Shown: positions 48,501 to 58,813, counted from the stretch's first letter. The stretch: 64,000 bases of DNA from Acutalibacteraceae bacterium (GCA_045647125.1 JAZRLZ010000019.1:593-64592), one strand, 5' to 3'. A program made the numbers and translations. Notes: a model not told the origin generated them from the letters alone.

Positions 48501-48627
48501 AGAGTATTTCGTTGATAAGGCTGTTAAGAACAGCTATGGTAAGAAATTCACTTACACAGTAAGAGCAATTGATGGTAACTACAAGAGTGATTATAATCCC
48601 GGTGTTACAATCAAACGTGCAAAATAA
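45553..48627 (+). CDS. Large secreted surface protein: BspA-type LRR region, seven Cys-rich ~41-aa repeats, three FN3-like repeats
   Basis: Signal peptide. The start is GTG 45553 or TTG 45562. LRR units through about residue 435. Repeats described separately. Confidence 0.8.
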   Translation: MFILKKSRILSLLLALVMVLGTMSCLTVMSSAAIIAEDGEYNEIGEMVDKYWELDDSGLLVIKRDCEPTWGSYAGFIKNVIIEEVVTFIPNSAFAGYPLLESVEIKSGSVAVSAGAFQCCPKLTELNFGMITSIGDYAVYDCDALESVRIGGGLPVDAVGENVFKSCDALKSVWFGNGTREIGYGMFEDCIALETVVIPDSVASIGAHAFENCVSLTEINVPDSTTSVGNYAFYNCVNVKSLYIGHKANSVGEYAFGNNTSLEDVEIASEMAQLSKGMFYGCTALKSLADLPDGIKTIGDVAFKGCSSLSEITIPSTVTSIGASAFDGTALTTIDIPWNVAEIGDGAFTNCAALTDINVDAKNASFADVDGALYDDALAILLCCPAGKTDIYTVKSGTTEIADGAFIGCKDLTTVEIPASVNKISNNAFNDCDPSLVFKTNCDNVAVAYAEARGYATELIHSDDAEVKEILAPTCTADGTKAVKCTKCSHVFETQVVDKLGHSYDNGVITKKATCEEDGVVTITCTREGCGESYTETIPATNHQYNEGVVVLEPTCEATGIKRFTCKNEGCYKYYEIELKALGHAYDKGVVTAEATCETDGVMTYSCTREGCNASYTDVIPAKGHAYDSGVITTEATCDANGVKTFTCANCDAQYTEEIAAIGHNYVEAVIKPATCKEDGTTRFTCTNCADTYDVATQGEHKPYSAPVKEEATCEEDGHEGTLCSICHEFIGEYTTTPATGHNYENGVCTSCGAEDEEYMNTPPATPALKSAKNTKNGIKVTWEGVENAKYYRVYRHEIGDKTWTYLGTVEGTSYTDRDVQNNKTWKYTVRAVGNNGKKSGYESGIKITSVATPALKSVINLKNGIRVMWNQVEGAKSYRVYRRGTSGGWKLLATVKTTKYVDSTAKTGKYYTYTVKAVNGDASGYESGLKLKRVDAPVLLKAVNNKNGIKVTWGEVSNAKYYRVYRRAAGESSWTYIGRTTKEYFVDKAVKNSYGKKFTYTVRAIDGNYKSDYNPGVTIKRAK
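46954..47814 (+). repeat. Seven tandem in-frame ~41-codon Cys-rich repeats (consensus ATCexDGvxtftCtxxgCxxsYtexIpAxGHxYdxGV)
   Basis: Read from the translation, residues about 468-754. Confidence 0.8.
47842..48624 (+). repeat. Three tandem ~88-codon FN3-like repeats (PALKSxxNxKNGIKVTWxxVxxAKYYRVYR...YTVRA)
   Basis: Read from the translation, residues about 764-1024. Confidence 0.75.
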
Positions 48628-48644
48628 ACACATAAATAAATATA

Positions 48645-48677
48645 ACAAGCCGTAGTTTTCTACGGCTTGTTTTTTTA
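48645..48677 (+). terminator. Rho-independent terminator
   Basis: 11-bp stem acaagccgtag/ctacggcttgt followed by TTTTTTT. Confidence 0.85.
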
Positions 48678-48765
48678 TCGTTTTAGTCAGCTTTAATGTC
48701 AGGCATTTTAGCTTATCTTTTATTATCATATCACACTATATTTCATATAATATAATGGTGATAAT

Positions 48766-49452
48766 ATGGTCAGGTTATATTTTAAGCCACGCTTCAGAGG
48801 AACGAAACTATTTAATGCCAAACGAATAAGAAACAAGAAATTAAGGAATACAATTGTATTCCGTCTTGTGGCAATGTTTCTTGTTATTAATATTATTATG
48901 GTAATAATGGATATTAAAATGCGTCCTATAATAGAAACGGTAGGGGGAAGTGCACTTAAAAATTCACTATCCAATGTGCTTGACGGTGCAGTCAATGATA
49001 TTGTTGACCAGCTTGGTGTGAAATATGATGAAATGGTGGATATTCAGAAAAACAAGTCGGGACAAATAACTGCAATTACCCTTAATAGTACATATATAAA
49101 TGCCTATAAAACGGAAATTTCTGATAGGTGCTCTGACCGATTATCAAGATTCGATGAAACAAGTGTACCTATACCGTTGGGAGCAATTATCGGAGGCTCG
49201 TTTTTTAATGGTAAGGGTTTTTGTATAAATGTGGATGCAACAATATACGGCTTTGCTGTAACTGATGTGGAATCACATTTTGAAAGTGCAGGAATAAATC
49301 AAACTCGTCATCGTATCTATCTTGATGTTCAGGCCTCTGCACACGCTTATATGGGACTTTGCCATCTTAACGAAACCGTTGATGAAACAATAGTGCTTGT
49401 GGAAACCATTATTGTAGGCCAGGTACCTCAATCATATTATATAAGGTCATAA
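48766..49452 (+). CDS. yunB: Sporulation protein YunB-like
   Basis: 228 aa. Basic N-terminus plus one TM helix. Overall resemblance to YunB (recollection only). Confidence 0.55.
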   Translation: MVRLYFKPRFRGTKLFNAKRIRNKKLRNTIVFRLVAMFLVINIIMVIMDIKMRPIIETVGGSALKNSLSNVLDGAVNDIVDQLGVKYDEMVDIQKNKSGQITAITLNSTYINAYKTEISDRCSDRLSRFDETSVPIPLGAIIGGSFFNGKGFCINVDATIYGFAVTDVESHFESAGINQTRHRIYLDVQASAHAYMGLCHLNETVDETIVLVETIIVGQVPQSYYIRS

Positions 49453-49456
49453 AAAT

Positions 49457-49490
49457 CCCTCGGTAACAAGAATTACCGAGGGTGCTTTTT
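49457..49490. terminator. Bidirectional rho-independent terminator
   Basis: 10-bp stem ccctcggtaa/ttaccgaggg flanked by an A-run and a T-run. Confidence 0.8.
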
Positions 49491-50694
49491 AGCCTATAAA
49501 TTTATCCATAAGTGTGTGACCCACTTCAACGTAATTACCGGTTGCCTTTGCGGTAGCCTCTGTAAATGAGCTTATGCCGTTGTCACTTGCCTTTGATTTC
49601 TGGTAAATCATATATGGCACGGGGTCTGAAGCATGTGTCATAGTTGTGATGGGTGTAGGATGGTCGGGAAGTACCATGATTTTATAATCATCGTATTTTT
49701 CAAGTTCAGGTAAGATTTTGCCCAGTATTTTTTCATCGATGATTTCAATAGCTTTAACTTTATTTTCAGGCTCGTTTCTGTGACCGCACTCATCAGGTGC
49801 TTCGAGATGAATATATACAAAATCCTTTGTTTCAAGCTCTTTTATAGCACATTCGGCTTTTCCGTCAAAGTTGGTATCAATATAACCTGTTGCACCATCA
49901 ACGTCAGGTGATGCCATATTTGCACATTTGGCAATACCTTTAAGTAAGTCAACAGCAGAAATAATTGAGCCGTTAACACCATATTTTGCCTTGAAATCGG
50001 GGAGAGATGGCTTTGTGCCTTCACCCCAGAGCCAGATTGAGTTTGCAGGACGTTTGCCCTCTGCAATTCTACGCTTGTTTACGGGATGCTCCATAAGGAA
50101 ATCGTAGCTTGCTTTCATCATGGCAATAAGCTCTTTTGCGTTTTCGCTGTCGGAAAGATATTTACCGATAACCTTGCCTGAAATATCGTGAGGAGGAGTC
50201 ATGTTACCAAGCTCAAGTGTGCCGTTTTTCCATACAAGGCAATGACGGTATGCAACACCGGGGTAAAAGCTGAAAATTTCATTGCCGAAATGCTCCTGAA
50301 CACTTTTGATTATTTCTGTGGCATCTGCGGTGGAAATATCACCTGCACTGTAGTCAACCATTGTTTTGTCAGAATAGCATTCTTCATCGGAAAGTGTAAC
50401 AAGGTTACAGCGGAAGATTATATCGGTATCCTGCATATCAACACCGATGCTTACTGCCTCAAGAGGGGAGCGACCGGTGTAGCATTCGTGGGGGTTGTAG
50501 CCGAGAACACTCATATTGGCAATGTCACTGCCGGGCTTTAAGCCGTCACCAACGGTTTTTACAAGACCGATTTCACCGTTTTTTGCGAGATTGTCAAGTA
50601 AGGGCTTTTTTGCAACCTCCATGGGTGTTTTGCCGTTAAGGGCAGGTACGGGGTAATCTGCCATACCATCGTATAAAACAACAATATATTTCAT
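49489..50694 (-). CDS. apgM: Cofactor-independent phosphoglycerate mutase, archaeal (ApgM) type
   Basis: N-terminus MKYIVVLYDGMADYP. Metalloenzyme-superfamily motifs. 401 aa from the internal ATG at 50694. Confidence 0.7.
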   Translation of the reverse strand: MKYIVVLYDGMADYPVPALNGKTPMEVAKKPLLDNLAKNGEIGLVKTVGDGLKPGSDIANMSVLGYNPHECYTGRSPLEAVSIGVDMQDTDIIFRCNLVTLSDEECYSDKTMVDYSAGDISTADATEIIKSVQEHFGNEIFSFYPGVAYRHCLVWKNGTLELGNMTPPHDISGKVIGKYLSDSENAKELIAMMKASYDFLMEHPVNKRRIAEGKRPANSIWLWGEGTKPSLPDFKAKYGVNGSIISAVDLLKGIAKCANMASPDVDGATGYIDTNFDGKAECAIKELETKDFVYIHLEAPDECGHRNEPENKVKAIEIIDEKILGKILPELEKYDDYKIMVLPDHPTPITTMTHASDPVPYMIYQKSKASDNGISSFTEATAKATGNYVEVGHTLMDKFIG

Positions 50695-50872
50695 AGGTAC
50701 TACCTCTTTCATAAACAATTATAATGTATATAAATAATATACACCAAATCAAAAACCTTTGTCAATAAAATGAAAAAGTTATTTAAAAAAACTGATAATT
50801 CACTTGAAAAAAGCTTATGTATGGTTTAATATTGAACTGATGAATTTTATTGTTTCAAAGGAGAATATTACT

Positions 50873-51685
50873 ATGAAATTACCTATAGCAATTCAGCTTT
50901 ACTCACTTCGTGATGATATGGAAAAGGATTTCGAAGGTACTATCCGTTACGTTAAAGAGCTTGGTTATGATGGTGTTGAGTTTGCAGGGCTTTTCGGCAA
51001 ATCAGGTGTCGAGGTAAAGGCTATCTGTGATGAAATCGGTATTACACCAATGTCTGCCCACGTTCCTTATTACGATATGCTTGAAAATCCTGAAGAGGTG
51101 CTTAAGGATTATAAGGATATGGGTTGTAAATATGTTGTTGTGCCTTATCTTACCGAAGAATGCCGTCCCGGTACAGAAGGTTGGGCTTCTACAGTAGAGG
51201 GTATCCGTAAAATCGGTGAAGTTGCAAAAGAAATGGGACTCGGTCTTCTTTACCATAACCACGATTTTGAATTCCTTAAAATTGACGGTGAATATGCACT
51301 TGATATTCTTTACAGCACAATTCCCTCTGATTTGCTTAATACGGAAATTGATACCTGCTGGGTAAACGTTGGCGGTGAAAATCCTGCTGCTTACGTTGAA
51401 AAATATACAGGCAGAGCGCCCGTTGTACATCTTAAGGATTTCTATGGTGAAAAGGGTAACGGCCCCGTATATAAGCTTATCGGCATTGAAGAGGAGGAGG
51501 CAGAAGCTGCTTCCACATTTGAATTCCGCCCTGTAGGTTATGGTGTTCAGGATTGGAAAGCGATTCTTGCTGCTGCAGAAAAAGCAGGTGCAGAATGGGT
51601 AGTTGTTGAGCAGGATGATCCTTCAATGGAGAAAACACCAAGGGAATGTGCCACGCTCAGCATAGGATACCTTAAAAGTTTATAA
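50873..51685 (+). CDS. Sugar phosphate isomerase/epimerase (xylose isomerase-like TIM barrel)
   Basis: ATG 50873 follows AAAGGAG. IQLYSLRD...GYDGVEF...YHNHDFEF...VEQD pattern. Confidence 0.75.
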   Translation: MKLPIAIQLYSLRDDMEKDFEGTIRYVKELGYDGVEFAGLFGKSGVEVKAICDEIGITPMSAHVPYYDMLENPEEVLKDYKDMGCKYVVVPYLTEECRPGTEGWASTVEGIRKIGEVAKEMGLGLLYHNHDFEFLKIDGEYALDILYSTIPSDLLNTEIDTCWVNVGGENPAAYVEKYTGRAPVVHLKDFYGEKGNGPVYKLIGIEEEEAEAASTFEFRPVGYGVQDWKAILAAAEKAGAEWVVVEQDDPSMEKTPRECATLSIGYLKSL

Positions 51686-51871
51686 TTTTGGTACATAACT
51701 TGATTCGGTTTTCTTGATATATCTCTAAAGCTTTTGTGAACTGAATCGCATATCTCAATAAACTCGTAATTATAAATGAAATTTATTTTGTGGTCTGTCT
51801 CTCTTAAAAGGCAGGGGCGTAATTAGGAGGATATTGAGTTTAAACAAGTATTTTTCCGTTGATACTTTATT

Positions 51872-51909
51872 AAAAAGGTCTTACACCCTGAGGGCGTAAG
51901 ACCTTTTTT
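51872..51909. terminator. Bidirectional rho-independent terminator
   Basis: Stem ggtcttac/gtaagacc with an inner ccc/ggg pairing, flanked by AAAAA and TTTTTT. Confidence 0.8.
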
Positions 51910-51921
51910 ATGTGTGTAAAT

Positions 51922-53430
51922 TTATCTTAATGTATTTGAGTTTGTTTTAAGAATAACGTCGTGTGAGCCACCTTCAACAATACTTGTTGCACTAACAAGT
52001 GTAAGCTTTGCATCACGCTGGAGATCGGGGATGTTGATAACACCGCAGTTGCACATTGTTGATTTAACCTTGTAAAGGCTCTTTGTAACGTTATCGTGGA
52101 GTGAACCGGCATAAGTTACGTATGAGTCAACGCCTTCTTCAAATGAAAGCTTGCTGTGACCACCAAGGTCGTATCTCTGCCAGTTACGTGCTCTGTTTGA
52201 GCCTTCACCCCAATACTCTTTAACGTATGTGCCGTTAATGTTGAGCTTTGGTGTGGGGCTTTCGTCAAATCTTGCAAAGTATCTGCCAAGCATCATAAAG
52301 TCAGCACCCATAGCAAGTGCAAGTGTCATATGATAATCGTGAACTATACCTCCGTCTGAACAAATCGGAACATACACGCCTGTTTCTTTGAAGTATTCGT
52401 CACGGGCCGCAGCAACCTCAATAAGTGCAGTTGCCTGACCTCTGCCTATGCCCTTTGTTTCGCGGGTGATGCAGATTGAACCGCCGCCGATACCGACCTT
52501 GATGAAGTCAGCACCTGCTTCAGCAAGGAAGCGGAAGCCATCGCGGTCAACAACGTTACCTGCACCAACCTTAACTGTGTCACCGTATTTTTCACGAATG
52601 AATGCGATTGTACGCTTCTGCCACTCGGTGTAGCCTTCTGATGAGTCTATGCAAAGCACATCAGCACCTGCTTCAACAAGTGCGGGAACACGCTCCTCAT
52701 AGTCGCGTGTGTTGATACCTGCACCAACCATATAACGCTTCTGACTATCGAGGATTTCCTGAGGATTTTCTTTATGCTGTGCATAGTCTTTGCGGAAAAC
52801 GAAGTATAAAAGCTTGCCGTTATCATCAATTATAGGAAGTGAGTTAAGCTTGTTTTCCCAAATGATGTCGTTTGCTTCCTTAAGTGATGTATTAGCGGGG
52901 GCAGTAATTAATTTTTCAAAGGGAGTCATAAACTCAGAAACCTTTAAATCAAGTGCCATACGGCTGATTCTGTAATCACGTGATGTAACAACACCAAGTA
53001 ATTTGCCGTTCGCAGTACCATCATCAGTAACAGCCATTGTTGAGTGACCTAATTTTTCATAAAGAGCAACAACGTCGTTAAGTGTGTTGTCGGGGCAAAG
53101 GTTAGCATCGCTAACAACAAAACCTGCTTTGTGGTTTTTTACTCTTTCAACCATTGCAGCTTCTGCTTCAATGGACTGTGAGCCGTAAATAAATGACATG
53201 CCGCCTTCTTTAGCAAGTGCAATTGCTAAAGTGTCATTTGAAACGGACTGCATAATTGCAGATACCATAGGTATGTTAAGTGTAATGGGGCATTCTTCAA
53301 CACCCTTTTTATATTTACAGAGAGGTGTGCTCAGGTCAACATTGTTAGGTATGCAATCGGGACCTGTGTAACCCGGTATAAGTAAGTATTCGCTAAATGT
53401 TCTTGAAGGTTCTGTGCAATAATGAGCCAT
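51922..53430 (-). CDS. guaB: IMP dehydrogenase
   Basis: 502 aa. Catalytic loop [15 protein letters not shown] pair in the N-terminal third. Confidence 0.85.
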   Translation of the reverse strand: MAHYCTEPSRTFSEYLLIPGYTGPDCIPNNVDLSTPLCKYKKGVEECPITLNIPMVSAIMQSVSNDTLAIALAKEGGMSFIYGSQSIEAEAAMVERVKNHKAGFVVSDANLCPDNTLNDVVALYEKLGHSTMAVTDDGTANGKLLGVVTSRDYRISRMALDLKVSEFMTPFEKLITAPANTSLKEANDIIWENKLNSLPIIDDNGKLLYFVFRKDYAQHKENPQEILDSQKRYMVGAGINTRDYEERVPALVEAGADVLCIDSSEGYTEWQKRTIAFIREKYGDTVKVGAGNVVDRDGFRFLAEAGADFIKVGIGGGSICITRETKGIGRGQATALIEVAAARDEYFKETGVYVPICSDGGIVHDYHMTLALAMGADFMMLGRYFARFDESPTPKLNINGTYVKEYWGEGSNRARNWQRYDLGGHSKLSFEEGVDSYVTYAGSLHDNVTKSLYKVKSTMCNCGVINIPDLQRDAKLTLVSATSIVEGGSHDVILKTNSNTLR

Positions 53431-53626
53431 AATTTTCTCTCCTTTGAATTAATTTACTATTACCCAATATTGTACTTTTTATTCCGTCTCTTGTCAACTA
53501 TAAAATATAACGATTTGTGGGCTTTTTTTAAACCGAAATTATTGTAAAATGCCCTATAATATGATAAGATAAGACAAATATTATGGCAAGGTTTAAAAAA
53601 CCATTGCATTTGTTCCGAGGTGTAGT

Positions 53627-56600
53627 ATGGCTCATTTTGAAATTGACTTTCACGACAAGAACAGTGAAAGATTTATGCTCGGTCATCGTGTAAGGCGTAT
53701 TTCCGAGGACCTTTACAGTAAATTTGTAATTGCCGAAAGTGTGGATACAGGTGATTTTATGTATCGCGACGGGCAGTATACATTCGAAGATAGAGATAAA
53801 GGTGAGTGGGTTCCTTTCAAGGCAGGAGTAGATTATTGGGGTTACCGTGAATGCTACTGCTGGTTTAAGCAGAGTGTTAAAATCCCTGCCGAATTCAAGG
53901 GTAAACACGTTGTTTATAACCTTTCACCATATGCTCGCAGTTGGCGTAATGAGGTTAATCCCCAGTTTATTATCTACACAAACGGCCAGGTCGTTCAGGG
54001 TGCGGATTCTAACCATCAGTCCGTTACGGTTACCCCTTGTGCCGAGGGTGGTGAGGAGCTTGAAATATATATCAACGCTTATTGCGATGATTGGGAATAC
54101 CGCGGTCAGATTCAGTTGTCTGCACAGCTTCAGGTAGTTGACGATATTGCGGTGCAGGTGTTCTATGATATTACAGTTCCTTTGAAGGTAGCTAAATATC
54201 ACGGTGAAGACAGCGATGCCCGTGTAAATATTATAAAAGCTCTTAACGAGGCTTGTAATATTCTTAATATTGATACTAATAATCGTGAGGAATTCCATAA
54301 ATCTGCTCTTGAGGTTTCAAAATATCTTGACGAAAATCTTTACGGCAGATTTGAAGAATCTACCGCTTGGTGTGTAGGTCATACACATATTGACGTTGCA
54401 TGGCTCTGGCGTTTGCGTCAGTCAAGGGATAAGGCTTGCCGTTCATTTGCAACTGTACTTAAGCTTATGGAGGAATACCCCGAGTATAAATTTATGTCAT
54501 CTCAGGCACAACTCTATGAGTATGTAAAGGAAGATTATCCCGAGGTGTTTGAACGAATCAAAGAGCGTGTCAAAGAGGGCAGATGGGAAGCCGAGGGCAG
54601 TATGTGGGTTGAAGCCGATACCAATGTTGCCTCAGGTGAAGCCTTGGTACGTCAGTTTATGGTGGGCAAACGTTTCTTCCGTGATGAATTCGGTGTTGAC
54701 AACAAAATTATGTGGCTTCCTGACGTTTTTGGTTATTCTGCCGCCATTCCGCAGCTTATTAAAAAATGCGGTATAGAATACTTTATGACAACCAAAATCA
54801 GCTGGAATGAATATAACAAATTCCCTTATGATACATTTAAATGGAGAGGTATTGACGGTACTGAGGTGCTTTCTCACTTCCCGCCAAGCTGTCATGCAAC
54901 CGCAAATGAACGTGAAAATTGGCAGACAACCTATAACAGTAAGCTTAGACCTCTTTATGTAATAGGTGGCTATAAGCGTTATTCTCAGAAGGATCTTAAC
55001 AAAGATTACCTTATGTCATACGGCTTCGGTGACGGTGGCGGCGGACCTACCAAAGAGATGCTTGAAAACGGTAAGCGTATGGCAAAGGGAATTCAGGGAT
55101 GTCCCCGTGTTAAGCAGTCAACTTCACTTGATTTCTTCCGTGATCTTGAAAAAAAGGTTATGGATAACAGACATCTTCCTACCTGGTGCGGTGAGCTTTA
55201 TCTTGAGTTCCATCGTGGTACGCTCACAAGTCAGGCACGTAACAAGAAATATAATCGTAAAAGTGAGTGCCTTTATCACGATATAGAAACTATTTCTGCA
55301 ATTGCTAATAAAGAGCTTGGCTTCGATTACCCCAGAGAAGAGCTTCTTGCTAACTGGAAAACTATTCTTCTTAACCAGTTCCACGATATTTTACCCGGCT
55401 CATCAATTGCTCCCGTTTACGAGGATAGCAAGGAGGATTATGAAAGAGTCCTTCTTAACGGTAATAATATGAAGAACAATGCAAAACAAGCCCTTATCAA
55501 TAAAATTGATATTGCTGAAAAAAGCATTGTTGTATTCAACACAACCGGATTTAACAGATACGATTGCGTAATTGCCGATGTACCTGCTGACGAGTTCGCT
55601 TTGTTTGATGTTAAGGGTAATGAAATTCCTTATCAGCACACCTATGATGGCAAAATTGTATTTACCATCAGCGTGCCTGCAAAGGGTTATACTACAGTAG
55701 AAATAAGGGATTGTAAGCCTTCCGTTTACCCCGTAGTAGAGGCTACACTTGACGGAGCAAAAACTCCATTTTTTGATATTGAATTCAATAAAAACGGTAA
55801 CATTTCACGCCTTATTCATAAAGAAACCGGTCGTAATGTTGCCCCGGATAATCAGGTTATTGGTAAGGTTGTTGCTTACCAGGACAGACCCCATAACCAC
55901 GAAGCGTGGGATATCAAATGTTATTTTGAGGAACTTTCTTGGGATCTTGATTTCCTTAGTGCAGAGCTTATTGAATGTGGTAGCGTAAGAGCGGTTTATA
56001 AGGTGGGAAGAACTTTCCGCGATTCTACATTTACCGAGTATTATAAAGTTTATAAAGACCTTCAGCGTATTGATGTCGATTATACAGCCGACTGGAAAGA
56101 AGACCACGTAGTTCTTAAAGCTGATTATCCTGTAGACGTTAACACTACAAGAGCAACTTTTGATATTCAGTTTGGTAACCTTGAACGTTCAACAACAACA
56201 AACACCACATGGGAATTCGCGCAGTTTGAAGAGTCAATGCACAAGTGGGTTGACCTTTCCGATAACAGCTTCGGTCTTTCCATTCTTAACGATTGTAAAT
56301 ACGGTTGTGATGCGAAGAATGGTCATATAAGACCTACCTTGTTACGTTGTGCAACCGAGCCTAACCACGTTCAGGACAGGGAAGCTCATGCCTTCACATT
56401 TTCAATTTATCCCCATGCAAGTAAGGTTTGCGACAGTGATGTTGTTCAGGAAGGCTATAATGTTAACTTCCCCCTTGAAGCAGTAATTACTGATGCACAT
56501 AAAGGCACATTACCCTGCGAGTATTCACTCGTAAGCTGTGATAAGCAGAATGTTGTTATTGAAACAGTAAAAATCGCAGAGGATAGTAATTCGTTGATTG

Positions 56601-56782
56601 TCCGTGCTTATGAAACCTGGAACAGCAAAACACCTGCAACATTTACATTCAATACACGAATTTCAAGTGCTACAGAGTGTAACCTGCTTGAAGAAGATGA
56701 TGTTGCGGTTGATTGTTCAGATAATACAATTACTGCCACATTTAAACCTTTTGAAATCAAAACATTTAAAATTAACTTTTAA
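53627..56782 (+). CDS. GH38 alpha-mannosidase (cytoplasmic)
   Basis: 1051 aa. GHTHIDVAWLW metal-binding motif. No signal peptide. Confidence 0.9.
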   Translation: MAHFEIDFHDKNSERFMLGHRVRRISEDLYSKFVIAESVDTGDFMYRDGQYTFEDRDKGEWVPFKAGVDYWGYRECYCWFKQSVKIPAEFKGKHVVYNLSPYARSWRNEVNPQFIIYTNGQVVQGADSNHQSVTVTPCAEGGEELEIYINAYCDDWEYRGQIQLSAQLQVVDDIAVQVFYDITVPLKVAKYHGEDSDARVNIIKALNEACNILNIDTNNREEFHKSALEVSKYLDENLYGRFEESTAWCVGHTHIDVAWLWRLRQSRDKACRSFATVLKLMEEYPEYKFMSSQAQLYEYVKEDYPEVFERIKERVKEGRWEAEGSMWVEADTNVASGEALVRQFMVGKRFFRDEFGVDNKIMWLPDVFGYSAAIPQLIKKCGIEYFMTTKISWNEYNKFPYDTFKWRGIDGTEVLSHFPPSCHATANERENWQTTYNSKLRPLYVIGGYKRYSQKDLNKDYLMSYGFGDGGGGPTKEMLENGKRMAKGIQGCPRVKQSTSLDFFRDLEKKVMDNRHLPTWCGELYLEFHRGTLTSQARNKKYNRKSECLYHDIETISAIANKELGFDYPREELLANWKTILLNQFHDILPGSSIAPVYEDSKEDYERVLLNGNNMKNNAKQALINKIDIAEKSIVVFNTTGFNRYDCVIADVPADEFALFDVKGNEIPYQHTYDGKIVFTISVPAKGYTTVEIRDCKPSVYPVVEATLDGAKTPFFDIEFNKNGNISRLIHKETGRNVAPDNQVIGKVVAYQDRPHNHEAWDIKCYFEELSWDLDFLSAELIECGSVRAVYKVGRTFRDSTFTEYYKVYKDLQRIDVDYTADWKEDHVVLKADYPVDVNTTRATFDIQFGNLERSTTTNTTWEFAQFEESMHKWVDLSDNSFGLSILNDCKYGCDAKNGHIRPTLLRCATEPNHVQDREAHAFTFSIYPHASKVCDSDVVQEGYNVNFPLEAVITDAHKGTLPCEYSLVSCDKQNVVIETVKIAEDSNSLIVRAYETWNSKTPATFTFNTRISSATECNLLEEDDVAVDCSDNTITATFKPFEIKTFKINF

Positions 56783-56811
56783 TAGCGGTTTATACCGCAG
56801 AAAGGAATAAT

Positions 56812-57387
56812 ATGAGCTACAGTTTTTTTGCTATGCTGTCGCGTATGAAATATATTGACCGATGGGCTCTTATGCGCAACACCGAGCACGAAAGCCTCGA
56901 CAGTCACTCTAAAGAGGTGGCGGTTATTGCTCACGCCCTTGCGGTAATAGGTAACAAGCGTTTCAATAAGAATTATAATCCCGACAGAGCAGCGGTGTTA
57001 GGTCTTTATCACGATGCTCACGAGATTATAACGGGTGATATGCCAACCCCCGTAAAATATCATAATGATGATATTTTGTATGCATTTAAGGCGGTAGAGG
57101 ATTCTGCTAATGAAAAGCTTCTTATGAAGTTGCCTGAAGATTTGCGGGATGCATTCGCACCTTTACTTACGGGTGAAGGGGATGACGAGTTGATGCCCCT
57201 TGTGAAAATTGCGGATAAGCTCAGTGCATTTATAAAATGTGTTGAGGAGCGTAAGGCGGGTAACACCGAATTTCGCGAAGCCGAGGCGGCAACACTTAAG
57301 CGTATAAAGGAATCATCAATTCCCGAAGCAGAGGTTTTTATGGAAGAATTCTTACCTGCTTATGAATTGACTTTGGATATGCTTTAA
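56812..57387 (+). CDS. yfbR: HD-domain 5'-deoxynucleotidase (YfbR-like)
   Basis: HSKEVAVIAHAL and YHDAHEIITGDMPTPVK motifs. Confidence 0.8.
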   Translation: MSYSFFAMLSRMKYIDRWALMRNTEHESLDSHSKEVAVIAHALAVIGNKRFNKNYNPDRAAVLGLYHDAHEIITGDMPTPVKYHNDDILYAFKAVEDSANEKLLMKLPEDLRDAFAPLLTGEGDDELMPLVKIADKLSAFIKCVEERKAGNTEFREAEAATLKRIKESSIPEAEVFMEEFLPAYELTLDML

Positions 57388-57398
57388 AACAAAAAAAT

Positions 57399-57431
57399 TC
57401 ACCGGATTCGTATGAATCCGGTGATTATTTT
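57399..57431. terminator. Bidirectional rho-independent terminator
   Basis: 11-bp stem tcaccggattc/gaatccggtga flanked by an A-run and a T-run. Confidence 0.8.
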
Positions 57432-57862
57432 TCCCATTTGAAAAGGAGTATTCCGCATATTGCTACTGCCACGCCAATAAGCTTACGCCATTGGAAATCG
57501 GCTTTATCAACGCCAAACAAACCGAAAAGCTCTATAAGGTATGCAACAAGCAGCTGTGATACAACAATAATCATAACCGCCTGAGCAGGTCCGAGACCCG
57601 ACATACTTTTTATAACCGTATAGGTTATAAGTGCACCAAGTATGCCGCCTAAAAGCATATATTTGTTATCGATTTTGAAAAGTGAGCCGATGGAGCTTTC
57701 GTGACCCGTAAAAAACCAGGCACAAGCACAGAATAAAAATGCGGTCAGCTGAACAAATGCGGCGGAAAGCCAGACAGAAGTCTGCTTTGTAACACCCTCG
57801 TTGAACACACCCTGAATGCTCATAAGAGCACCCGAAACTATTGCGGTAATAATCGAAATCAT
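57425..57862 (-). CDS. DMT-superfamily small membrane transporter (DUF606/YdcZ-like)
   Basis: 145 aa, five TM helices. Confidence 0.6.
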   Translation of the reverse strand: MISIITAIVSGALMSIQGVFNEGVTKQTSVWLSAAFVQLTAFLFCACAWFFTGHESSIGSLFKIDNKYMLLGGILGALITYTVIKSMSGLGPAQAVMIIVVSQLLVAYLIELFGLFGVDKADFQWRKLIGVAVAICGILLFKWEK

Positions 57863-57925
57863 ATAATCACTCCGCTAATAGTATTGTATCAATATTTATA
57901 AAAATTCAAAAATTCTGAATTGTTA

Positions 57926-58813
57926 TTATTGAGGATATTTCCAATTGCTTTTTCTGTAGGCATAACCGTAAATTGCATCACTTTTATCTCGTGTTATAAG
58001 ATAAAACGGCTCACCTATATACGTGTTATAGTAGGCTGTTATATCAACTTCTACTTTTTGCGTTTTGTTTTGTACCTTGAACCACAGATAATATGAGTTA
58101 CCGGAATCATTACTTTCCCAGGTCATTTTTTCACAAGGACGCTCTATAACACAGGGAGGATTTGCTTCAAGCTTCTTTTTTTGAGGAAGCTTTATTATTT
58201 CTATAATGTAATAAACAGCAACGCCTAAAAGGACTAAACCCATAATTATCGATATAAATCCGAAAAACATGGAAATAATTCCTAAAGCACCAAACAGAAT
58301 TGCCATAAATATATGGAATCCGTATGAAGCACCGGTTACTTTTTCCATTTCAAGATTTTCTTCAATTATTTTTTGAGTAATAGGCTTTCGGTTATTGTAT
58401 CTTTCATTGCGGTTTTTACCTGAAGAAAAACGCTTTTTTATATACTCTTTTCTGTAATAAGCTTCGTCGGAAGTGGAAATGTAACCACTATTATTGAACT
58501 TAGTGTTTTTGTAGAATTCGGCAACCTGAGGAGTCAGATTAACACGTTTTTTTCTTTGCTCCTCTTCCGACAAGGCTAAAAATCTTTTAGTTATAACCGA
58601 GTAATCAACGTTAATAGTCAATAAATCGTCTGAAGAAATGACTATGCCGTAATCCTGCCCGTTTTCACAAAGTACGAAAAATGCGTTTTTTATGGTAATT
58701 ACTGTTACTTCATCATCGGAGGCTATAACTTCCGCAACATCGGATTCCGTAAAAGGCTGAAGCAATCGGTAAGTATAGTGTTTTGGCGAAATGGTTTCTG
58801 TATGTTCGTTCAT
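57926..58813 (-). CDS. Hypothetical membrane protein (soluble N-domain, two TM helices, C-terminal domain)
   Basis: Starts 1 nt after the stop of the upstream hydrolase gene; no motif recognised. Confidence 0.55.
   Translation of the reverse strand: MNEHTETISPKHYTYRLLQPFTESDVAEVIASDDEVTVITIKNAFFVLCENGQDYGIVISSDDLLTINVDYSVITKRFLALSEEEQRKKRVNLTPQVAEFYKNTKFNNSGYISTSDEAYYRKEYIKKRFSSGKNRNERYNNRKPITQKIIEENLEMEKVTGASYGFHIFMAILFGALGIISMFFGFISIIMGLVLLGVAVYYIIEIIKLPQKKKLEANPPCVIERPCEKMTWESNDSGNSYYLWFKVQNKTQKVEVDITAYYNTYIGEPFYLITRDKSDAIYGYAYRKSNWKYPQ

Noticed and set aside
51834-51899. 21-codon ORF (TTG start, AGGAGG 3 nt upstream) in the 236-nt gap before the guaB terminator
   Set aside because: The SD-to-start spacing is too short and the start is non-ATG. 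The ORF also runs into the terminator stem. It is more likely fortuitous.
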